From positions 1-31,676 of the IMG/VR virus record IMGVR_UViG_3300029318_000056: a stretch of DNA of 31,676 bases; one strand, 5' to 3'. The DNA is from a virus (Duplodnaviria; Caudoviricetes). Positions 23,649 to 31,676 of the stretch are shown here, in pieces. The position numbers and the translations under genes were made by a program. Under the pieces are notes generated by a model, which saw only the letters and a program-made list of their open reading frames with translations, did no database searches and was not told where the DNA came from. Within the stretch, counting starts at the first letter, position 1, and each line of letters starts with the position of its first letter.

Positions 23649-26605
23649 TATTCTTCTGTTTGATCTGATGTTATAATTCCACTATCTGCATATATAGTTG
23701 TCTTATCTACTGTTAGTCCTCCAGATGGTGGTGTGATAGGTGTAGAGTCTGCAACACAATCTGCGTTATAAACTAAATTGTTTTCACCACCCATATATCC
23801 GTGATTGTAACATTCATAACTGATTGTTCCAAAATCACCAGTTACTGTAACAGTAACAGTACCTGAATAATATGTATATGTGTTACCGTCTAATCCTGCT
23901 TTTGTACCACCAGTTGTTGTACCTGTATAAGTGATTCTATCTTCTTTACCAGAGTTATGAAAAGCTATTGGATGTGATCCTGATACATTATTTAAAATAT
24001 AAGTACCTTGACCCATTTGATAAGTACCATACTTATTATCAAAATAATATATATTTCCTGAAGATGTTACTTCAACACTTACATTGAATTCTGCTGATAA
24101 ACAAGAGAATGATTTTATAGAATAGTATCTTTGTAACTCTAGTTTTGCTTTACCATTTACAATATTAACATCTAATTTATTTATACTGTATGTTTTGCCA
24201 GAAACTCTTATCTTATCAGCTAATGAATATTTAGATAAAAAAGCGTTTGTCAAATTAGCATTTAGAGATATTATTCTTGATTTTATATCAAATAAATGTG
24301 TAATGTAGTTTTTGTAATATATATTAAATAAATTATTTACATTACTTTGCTCTCCTGACTCATAAACTCTATACTCATCAATCTCTTCTCCAAAGTGATT
24401 AGATTGAGATGTATCTATACTTATTGAGTTTAGTGGTATAAAGTATGAAGTAATGTTACCATAATGCACTGTATTGTTAGAAGAGTCTGTATATAGATAT
24501 GGTATTGTTTCACCTGATGATTCTCTATGTGCATAAAATAAAAGAGGTTTACCAACGTGAGGTGTATATTTTTCACCTTGAAAAGAAGTGTCTGATCCTG
24601 TTGAATTTCTATCAGCACTACCTCTCTTTACACTGTAACCAACTTGTATTTTAGATGCACTTCCATCTGTCTTCAACAATCGTTCAAATTTCATATGTGC
24701 AAAAGGTGGTATAACTTCATACTTCTTTTCACCTCTTGATTCACTATATGACCAGGTTTCACCACCCCATTCTATACCATTTTCAGTTTTGTGTTGTTCT
24801 GCAAGTATTGCTTCTGTATCTTCATATTTAAATTCTATTTGAGAGTAAGGTAACATTCTTTGCACAGAACTTTTTGTAACATCAATTTTATTTGTTATAT
24901 CGAGTTCAGAGTTAGAAGATGCGTAATAAGCATCAAACGTCATAACTCTAATTCTTTTTATATCACTAATTGTTGTAACATATGATGAATTACCTTTTCC
25001 TTCTACGAAACATACTAAATTAAATAACTTAAACAAACCTGATAAAAAATCAACTACTGACATATCAGGCATATTTAGTCTCATATTGAAACGACCTTTA
25101 GTTACATTTAGAGATCCTGCAGAAATTACAACATCACTAAATTGAGTATCGTCTCTATCAGCTCTTATAACAAATCTTGCTTCAAAACCATTGTTTATGT
25201 TTATAGTTGTACTAGAAAAAATAACAAATTGATAATCACCATCCTGTTCAACTGTAAACAAAAAAGTTTTAGTACCTATAGCAGGTTCAAATGTTCTTAC
25301 AACTTCACCATTTCTTAATATTCTTAAACCGTATTTATTTGTCGAATCTGTGGTGGATGCTGTTAATCTAAGTTCTACATAGTCAATGTTTTGTGATGTA
25401 ACATTTCTTACTTTTATTGTATCACCATTTTGACCACTTACTAAACCAGCTGAATTTACTGAGTTTATGTATAAGAAGTCACTTGATGTTGAGGCTCCAG
25501 AGTATAATGAACTTTGATTTACCTGCGTGTTAAATGTATTTATTCTTAACTCTTTTGGCTGTTGATCAAATTGTGTATTAGGAACTTTTTCTCTGTTGAG
25601 CCACATATATAAATCATAATAATCTTTATTTGTAGCATTTAAGAAATCGTTAGAAAATTCTATGCTTGGTGTTGTAGTATCTTTATTTATAAAATCTTCA
25701 ATAGCTTTTACAATATAATGAACTCTAATACCTGGTTTTAAGTATTCATATTTAAGACCATTGATAATGTTGTTTCTTGGATAACGATTTGGAGCTGATG
25801 CAGTATAATATAAGTTACCATCAGCAAGTGTTCCGTAATAAGCTGTGTTACTAGAACGATATAGTCTTTCTGATGTAGATATTAAAGGAACAACAACTGG
25901 CTGTGAGTAAAATAATTTTGTAGTTATTGTATTTCCAACTGCAGGTGCTGAGTTAAATATAACATCTCCAGTCGTATATGAATATGAAAAATTACTTGTG
26001 GATACTTCTGAACCATTATTAAATAATTTAAAATCAGTATTTAATTGTGGGTAAGGTTTGTATAGTAACCTAAATCTTTTCTTTGAACCATCACCAGTAC
26101 CTATTGTAAACTCATCAGTTGATGTTACATCTTTACTTGTTGTTAGATAGTGGTAAAATGATTCACCTCCTGCATCATAATAAACATCATCAATATTAAA
26201 TTGTTCAAGAGATTCTAAAGCTGTAAGTTTGAGGTTGTTAAATAATTCTTTTAGTAAACGCATATTACCATAAAAGGTAATTTTGTACGCACTAGGTCTA
26301 TTATATTTAAGTTCTACACTATCTAAAACTACATAACCTTCTTTATAAGGTCTGTCATTTATTTCTATAGATGCTGATTTAGAAGTCCTTGCATCATAAC
26401 CACCATCTAGAATATCATAATCGTAATAATGTTTAAATAACTTATTGTTTCTTGGTGTTGCTGGTAGTGTAAAGTTTTTAGAGTAATCTGTAAATAATTT
26501 ATCAGGACTACGAAAGTCCTTTATAGAACTTACTATGTTTATTGAACTATCTTGAAAAACATCAACTTGTTCATTCTCTATATAAAGCTGTACCTTTTGA
26601 TTCAT
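23648..26605 (-). CDS. Tail tip/hub protein with inserted and C-terminal accessory domains
   Basis: YSKNFTLPATPRNN..F.H N-terminus, MPDMSVVDFLSGLFKLFNL, LADKI...INKL......KLEL, typical of siphovirus hub proteins. Confidence 0.7.
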   Translation of the reverse strand: MNQKVQLYIENEQVDVFQDSSINIVSSIKDFRSPDKLFTDYSKNFTLPATPRNNKLFKHYYDYDILDGGYDARTSKSASIEINDRPYKEGYVVLDSVELKYNRPSAYKITFYGNMRLLKELFNNLKLTALESLEQFNIDDVYYDAGGESFYHYLTTSKDVTSTDEFTIGTGDGSKKRFRLLYKPYPQLNTDFKLFNNGSEVSTSNFSYSYTTGDVIFNSAPAVGNTITTKLFYSQPVVVPLISTSERLYRSSNTAYYGTLADGNLYYTASAPNRYPRNNIINGLKYEYLKPGIRVHYIVKAIEDFINKDTTTPSIEFSNDFLNATNKDYYDLYMWLNREKVPNTQFDQQPKELRINTFNTQVNQSSLYSGASTSSDFLYINSVNSAGLVSGQNGDTIKVRNVTSQNIDYVELRLTASTTDSTNKYGLRILRNGEVVRTFEPAIGTKTFLFTVEQDGDYQFVIFSSTTININNGFEARFVIRADRDDTQFSDVVISAGSLNVTKGRFNMRLNMPDMSVVDFLSGLFKLFNLVCFVEGKGNSSYVTTISDIKRIRVMTFDAYYASSNSELDITNKIDVTKSSVQRMLPYSQIEFKYEDTEAILAEQHKTENGIEWGGETWSYSESRGEKKYEVIPPFAHMKFERLLKTDGSASKIQVGYSVKRGSADRNSTGSDTSFQGEKYTPHVGKPLLFYAHRESSGETIPYLYTDSSNNTVHYGNITSYFIPLNSISIDTSQSNHFGEEIDEYRVYESGEQSNVNNLFNIYYKNYITHLFDIKSRIISLNANLTNAFLSKYSLADKIRVSGKTYSINKLDVNIVNGKAKLELQRYYSIKSFSCLSAEFNVSVEVTSSGNIYYFDNKYGTYQMGQGTYILNNVSGSHPIAFHNSGKEDRITYTGTTTGGTKAGLDGNTYTYYSGTVTVTVTGDFGTISYECYNHGYMGGENNLVYNADCVADSTPITPPSGGLTVDKTTIYADSGIITSDQTEE

Positions 26606-27675
26606 TATCTAATATTGTTAATTCCATCAAATGCGTATTCAAATTGAACAGTATAATTTACTAATTTATCATTTAAGCTTGTCTTGTATGCAAAGTCACT
26701 GTCTTTTACGGTTACTGGTACAGTTCTGTTTTCTTCTCTTATCCAAATATCTTCTGATTGAAATAGCTGTCTAATTGTTTCATTATACTCTTCTTTTACA
26801 AAACCTGTATTAAGAACGATTGACTTTTGTGTGCTTACATCTTGAACTACACTTGTTGGATTATATTGATTATAAGAAACAGCAGTTGTAGAAGATGTTA
26901 GTGTGCTTGTAATATAGTTATCTCTTTTTGAGCTAAATGAATCAGTTCTTTTCTTGTTAAAATATAAATCTTGTACTGCACCAAATTTATTAATGAATGA
27001 TATTTTATAATTTGTGTATTTAGGTTCACAAGTAAATATTGGATATATTGTTTCTGTAGACTCTTGAGTTTCTGCATTATATGTTGTAGATGATGTGTTG
27101 CTAGATATTATTTCTATTTTACTAGCTTGTACTGTACTAGAAACATATACTATATAATCATTTGAGTTTTCTGAAGTAGGTAGTCCTGTTATTGGTGCCA
27201 CCGCTTTACTATCTGCCACAGTTTCTGATCCAGCTCCATCTTTAGTATAAAATATAACGTTTGAAACACCGCTTGGTCCTCTGTAAACAGGTATGTAATA
27301 TTCTACATTTTCTGGAATATATAAGTAAGTATTACTAAATAATTTAGATGATGTAAGTGTTGAGTTTAGTCCGTCCTCAAAATAAGTATAACCTTTTGTT
27401 GCTAAACCATAACCAGTTTTAGTTATAGGAGTTAACAAGTCGCTATAATCATTTGTCTTTGTGTAGTACCACCAACAAGTTGTTTTTATGTTACTATAAT
27501 CATTATTGTACTCAACTTCAATATAATCTTGTATAAGCTCTGCTATTTCAAAACGTATTAAGTTGTTTGAATCAGGATTGTTTTTTGTTATTGTATATTG
27601 TGCTTGTGACGGTTGCGAATCAAAACTTCCTGTCCAACAATATAATTTTAAAGTAGAGCTTGTTAGTACTGCCAT
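26605..27675 (-). CDS. Distal-tail-like structural protein
   Basis: FEIAELIQDY, FINKFGA.Q, LNTGFV.E...QL..SE..W motifs; precedes the hub. Confidence 0.6.
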   Translation of the reverse strand: MAVLTSSTLKLYCWTGSFDSQPSQAQYTITKNNPDSNNLIRFEIAELIQDYIEVEYNNDYSNIKTTCWWYYTKTNDYSDLLTPITKTGYGLATKGYTYFEDGLNSTLTSSKLFSNTYLYIPENVEYYIPVYRGPSGVSNVIFYTKDGAGSETVADSKAVAPITGLPTSENSNDYIVYVSSTVQASKIEIISSNTSSTTYNAETQESTETIYPIFTCEPKYTNYKISFINKFGAVQDLYFNKKRTDSFSSKRDNYITSTLTSSTTAVSYNQYNPTSVVQDVSTQKSIVLNTGFVKEEYNETIRQLFQSEDIWIREENRTVPVTVKDSDFAYKTSLNDKLVNYTVQFEYAFDGINNIR

Positions 27676-27716
27676 TGTCTGTTGTTTATTATATAACTAA
27701 AATATTATTTTTAGTA

Positions 27717-30700
27717 TTACTGGATTGGTCCACAAATCTCAACATCATATACTTGACCTTCTGCTACAGGATCAGAAAAGCTAGAAGCACGTCCTATTTT
27801 AAATACAATATTAGTTTCTGTCTTAGCAAACTGATTAGAAGTAGTAGTCGAATATTTAGTTGATAATGTATTATCTGAGTACAGATAAACACCATCTGAA
27901 AATATACCAGTATAATAAACTGTTTGTGGGAAAGTATCTATTTCGTTACAAGCATCTGTTGTACTGGTATCTGTATCTGTTGATATTCTAATTGATTTAA
28001 CATCAGAAGGTTTAGACTCTGCTGGTGGTGCAGCAGGATTTACAACAGCGTTACAAGCAACACAATCTGAATATACTGTTAAGTCATCAATGTTTATTGT
28101 TGACGTAGCAGATGCAGATGCAGATTCTTTATAACATATACCATTATATGCTACTGTAGGATATTGTGCTTGAAATTGTGCAGCAGTTAAATTATCTGTA
28201 TGACCAAATACTATTGTTTTAGATGAATCATCACATTGTTCATATGTTCTCTTTCCAGCAAGAGGAGTTGCACTTGGTGCAGAAGATCCACCAATACAAG
28301 TTACACAATCGTTAAAAGGAGTACCAGCTAAATCCTCAAACACTAAAGCATCAGGACTATAAGCATTAACATCTCCTATGCTGTTATGTAAGCTATATAC
28401 TATATGTCTACAGGTTTGTGTATTAGCTCCGATTCTAAATACATTTGGTAAAGATGAGTTAGAAACAACGTATGTTAATGTACCTCCAGTGCTACCACAT
28501 AATCTATAAGCACCGTAGTATTTATTAGGGTCAATCAAAGCATCAAGGTCTGTTGTTACTTCTGTATCTCCAACACATTCTGCACAAGTTCCATAAGGTT
28601 GAGTTCTGTGCAGGTCAGATGTTTGTAGTGTAAAATTAGGACTTGGGACTGTCGTACTGTCAGAAAATATCTCTATAATTTCATAACATCCAGCTCCTCC
28701 TGTTTGACCAAAATCATTAAATCTTAATATATTACCTAATTGATATTCAAAGTTATCAAATATTATGTACTCTAATCTTCCAGGATTTGTTTGATCTTCA
28801 CATCTTCTTACAGCTACCTTTTGTATATTTGATGTAGGTTGGCTAACAGGTTCACCAGCACAGCCATAATTTATACAAGGTCCTGCTATACCACTTGCTT
28901 CTATATATCTATAATTATTATTTGTACCTGATGTACTGTCAGAGTAAGTACCTGCTGATAAAGCACCTGTTCCATCTGCATTAGCAAAAAATTGATTACC
29001 TACACAAAAAGCAGTTTTTGCATCTCTATCTCCGTGTATTGTTACTGTCGTTCCTGAAGAACAAGCTGTGTTACTTGCAGATGCAGTTGAAGCAAATCTT
29101 AATGTAAAGCTAGGTCTAGCTTCCCAAGTGATTGATTTAGATGTTGTAGCTGTTAAGTCTGTTACACCAACACCACTTACTTTACAATTATAAAATACAT
29201 TTCCTGCACTTGTTTGTGTTTCACCGCCACCTCCGACTTCATTTATAATTAACGTAGATTCAGTTTCTCCACTAATATTAGATTGACTTCCTGAAGTACT
29301 ACCTTTTGTCCATTGATAAGTTGGGTTTGTTATATTTTCTGCTACTGCTACTAACTTAACTCTTTGTGATACAAAAGCAAAACCTTGATTATTACCATCA
29401 TCTGTTGACATACTTATTGTAACTCTAGCAGATGAAGTAATTGTTGTTGTCGGTTCCACATCACTTCCACAAACAAATATTCTTGACACATATCCTGGCG
29501 GATAACTAAGTATATTTGCCCAGTGTTCTTGTGGTGTCCCATCACTACAAGTTAGTATAAGTTTATACCAATTATCAGTTCCACCAAAAGGAGCAGACAA
29601 ACTATTGTCGGACGCTTTTTGTGTATATAGTCCAGCACCTTCTGTTATAGCACCATTATAATAAACCTCTGTATCTGCAATCAAAGCACAAGCATTTGTA
29701 CCTTGTGGTCCAGCTACTGTTGCAAAAGAAGAAGATACTACTGCTGTATTTGGTACGTTGCTTGACTCTTCTATGTTACAAGATGTAATAAGTGTAGGAC
29801 AAGCTACATAACCACTAATTCTACCATCTGCTACTGCTCCAATAATTCCGTTGTTACTTGAACCTATTTTGTAATATCTACCATCACTTGCATATGGAGT
29901 CTCTAATGACTGATCACTAAATAAAGTTACACCATTACCTAGTTCAGTTTGACCATCAAGTAATATAAAGTAAGCAGTTTCAGCTGCTGTATCAGCACAA
30001 GCAACAGTAGCAACTGTTCTACCTGTAGGAGAAACTAGCACTGTGCTTGGTGTTACTTGACCTGCTGCATCATATATTTTTACAGATGTTGAAACAGTAG
30101 GACTAATGTCACTTAATGTTATTGTAAATGTTTCAAATGGTTGTTCACTTGTTTGGTCTTTTATGGCTTCAAATTCTATTTCTGCTTTATTCTCAAATAC
30201 CTGAAAAGATCCTGATAAACTACCTCTTCTTAAATCACCTGCAGAAACACCTGTAATAGCAAAAGGAACTGTAGAGTCGTCAGCTAAGTTTTCTGTAGTA
30301 AGTGATATTGTAAATGGACTTCCTTCTGTTGCTGAAGTTACACTTGGTGTTAATATGTAAGTGTCGCTTAGGGCTAATGTACCTGTCAGTGTTGAAGTTA
30401 ATGATACATTTGCAGATCCAAAAGTTCCGCTAAAACTAGCAGTTGATGCTGCTAAAGCAGGACTTGCTGCGTAACCAGTAGCTACTGACAAGGCGATAGC
30501 AAAGCTATAAGCATCACCATTTACACCTGTTACACTATATGTAGTAGTTTCTTCTTTAATTAAAGCATCTGCTGATGCACTCATATTAGTTGCATTTCTT
30601 GTTACAGTTCCAGTATAACCAGCAGAAGAAAAAGAAGGTAGAATGTTATTAGTGATTGTTAATGTTGCAGTGTATTGAGTTGATGTAGCAAAGTTTACTT

Positions 30701-31052
30701 TAAACACAGGTGATGTTACTGTTGTTCCATCAGGTGCTGTAGCACTTACAGTATATGAAAATGTTTGTTGTGCTGCTCCTCCTCCTTGTGCTTCTGTAAA
30801 TGTAATATCTTGTGTAGCACCAGTTGCACTTCCACCAGACCAAGTATATGTTCCACCAGAAGGAACAAAGTTTAATGGTTTTGCTCTAAGAGTTATATTT
30901 GAAGAAAAGGTACCTTGTCCTAGACCGACTCTTTCTGAACCGTCTGCATTAACTTGTACAATCTCCATTGATAAGCTTTGTTCTCCTACACCTTCTGCTC
31001 CTGTTGCTGTTATGAAGTAAGGACTTCTTGAGTTTACTTTAACTGTTGCCAT
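27717..31052 (-). CDS. Large Cys-rich modular virion adhesin/fibre (1111 aa)
   Basis: T/S/G-rich; Ig- and Calx-beta-like segments plus two families of Cys-bounded repeats. Confidence 0.7.
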   Translation of the reverse strand: MATVKVNSRSPYFITATGAEGVGEQSLSMEIVQVNADGSERVGLGQGTFSSNITLRAKPLNFVPSGGTYTWSGGSATGATQDITFTEAQGGGAAQQTFSYTVSATAPDGTTVTSPVFKVNFATSTQYTATLTITNNILPSFSSAGYTGTVTRNATNMSASADALIKEETTTYSVTGVNGDAYSFAIALSVATGYAASPALAASTASFSGTFGSANVSLTSTLTGTLALSDTYILTPSVTSATEGSPFTISLTTENLADDSTVPFAITGVSAGDLRRGSLSGSFQVFENKAEIEFEAIKDQTSEQPFETFTITLSDISPTVSTSVKIYDAAGQVTPSTVLVSPTGRTVATVACADTAAETAYFILLDGQTELGNGVTLFSDQSLETPYASDGRYYKIGSSNNGIIGAVADGRISGYVACPTLITSCNIEESSNVPNTAVVSSSFATVAGPQGTNACALIADTEVYYNGAITEGAGLYTQKASDNSLSAPFGGTDNWYKLILTCSDGTPQEHWANILSYPPGYVSRIFVCGSDVEPTTTITSSARVTISMSTDDGNNQGFAFVSQRVKLVAVAENITNPTYQWTKGSTSGSQSNISGETESTLIINEVGGGGETQTSAGNVFYNCKVSGVGVTDLTATTSKSITWEARPSFTLRFASTASASNTACSSGTTVTIHGDRDAKTAFCVGNQFFANADGTGALSAGTYSDSTSGTNNNYRYIEASGIAGPCINYGCAGEPVSQPTSNIQKVAVRRCEDQTNPGRLEYIIFDNFEYQLGNILRFNDFGQTGGAGCYEIIEIFSDSTTVPSPNFTLQTSDLHRTQPYGTCAECVGDTEVTTDLDALIDPNKYYGAYRLCGSTGGTLTYVVSNSSLPNVFRIGANTQTCRHIVYSLHNSIGDVNAYSPDALVFEDLAGTPFNDCVTCIGGSSAPSATPLAGKRTYEQCDDSSKTIVFGHTDNLTAAQFQAQYPTVAYNGICYKESASASATSTINIDDLTVYSDCVACNAVVNPAAPPAESKPSDVKSIRISTDTDTSTTDACNEIDTFPQTVYYTGIFSDGVYLYSDNTLSTKYSTTTSNQFAKTETNIVFKIGRASSFSDPVAEGQVYDVEICGPIQ

Positions 31053-31515
31053 TAATATTTATTTCTGATTTTAAGTCTTTTAAATAACCTTCTTTTATCT
31101 CTTGTGTTATTTCGTCTTTATATTTTTTATCTATGTAATCTAATATGTTAGCTCCTTTATATGCAAATTGTTTTATAGTACCATTAACCATTATAGCCTG
31201 TTGAATCGATTTAATCATTTTAGCTTTGCTGTTTTGACTATTCATAGGTTGCAGTCCTTTAGCTTCAGCCCATTCTTCTATTTTATTGTAAGGTGGTTTT
31301 TTGCCAGGTAGAGTTCCTTTGTCAACAGCATTAAAGTATTCAGCTGCAAAGATGTTTAGTGTGACAGATTTAGCAGACGCAAATACAGTACCGCTTATAC
31401 TATTTCTTAATCTCCTAGTTGCATTTAATTTATTTGCATCTAGTTGATTTTTTATATCAGTAGTTATCTTGGTCCTTAATCTGTTTAGTGCTTCAGCTGT
31501 AAAAGTATATACCAT
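31039..31515 (-). CDS. Tail completion protein, HK97 gp10-like (start revised to MVYTFT)
   Basis: ATRRLRNSI, YFNAVDKGTLPGKKPP...I.EW motifs; TAATG coupling with the upstream gene. Confidence 0.65.
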   Translation of the reverse strand: MVYTFTAEALNRLRTKITTDIKNQLDANKLNATRRLRNSISGTVFASAKSVTLNIFAAEYFNAVDKGTLPGKKPPYNKIEEWAEAKGLQPMNSQNSKAKMIKSIQQAIMVNGTIKQFAYKGANILDYIDKKYKDEITQEIKEGYLKDLKSEININGNS

Positions 31516-31676
31516 TAGCAGAGAGATAATTCGTTTGTTGGAACTTGTATATCTACAGTCATACCCCATCCTGCTAATTGATTTTCATATTTATCTAACA
31601 TAGGTTCTGCAGTTACACTTGTTATTACTTGGAAGTTATCAGAGAAAGCATCTCCTCTTCTTAAGTTTTGTTGTAA
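31515..31676 (-). CDS. 3' end of tail terminator-like protein (partial)
   Basis: Hand translation ...AEPMLDKYENQLAGWGMTVDIQVPTNELSLC*, open to the window edge. Confidence 0.55.
   Translation of the reverse strand, partial: LQQNLRRGDAFSDNFQVITSVTAEPMLDKYENQLAGWGMTVDIQVPTNELSLC

Noticed and set aside
1558-27863. Track ORFs overlapping real genes (e.g. 1558, 2236, 3483, 4365, 4742, 5548, 7898, 8281, 11992, 15578-16414, 18970, 20222-21770, 22179, 22737, 24430, 27660)
   Set aside because: Antisense or off-frame shadows of well-supported minus-strand genes, with no motifs or initiation context.
12128-31052. Diversity-generating retroelement or invertible fibre system
   Set aside because: No reverse transcriptase, recombinase or near-identical template/variable repeat pair seen.
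1-31676. tRNA genes, integrase/att sites, introns or inteins, stop-codon recoding
   Set aside because: None recognisable by eye; long genes are intact under the standard code and TAA, TGA and TAG all occur as stops.

Overview
About 32 kb of an AT-rich tailed dsDNA phage (siphovirus-like), with essentially all genes on the minus strand. A Bacteroidota (probably Flavobacteriia) host is inferred from TTTG-N19-21-TAnnTTTG promoters and A-rich leaders without Shine-Dalgarno sites. In transcription order (right to left): tail completion genes, a 1111-aa Cys-rich modular adhesin, tail-tip proteins, tape measure, XkdF-like prohead protease, scaffold, decoration protein, major capsid, tail tube, portal, adaptor, fibre proteins, a lysis cassette (holins, an M15 endolysin and a second M15 paralogue lacking two Zn ligands), a non-coding junction, then ERF, SSB-like protein, AAA helicase, RusA, ECF-type sigma, DUF5664, RecE-like exonuclease, a stand-alone DnaA domain IV protein, TerS/TerL, a repeat array and very small early genes. 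The most unusual unexplained structures are (i) an iteron/pac-like array of ACTGCGTTTAA repeats around a 10-bp inverted repeat (1891-2109) and (ii) a divergent plus-strand promoter driving a candidate small RNA that ends in a perfect 20+20-nt homopyrimidine mirror repeat (H-DNA type, 10032-10075). Many short ORFs missing from the supplied track were translated by hand. All family calls are from motif recognition, not database searches.
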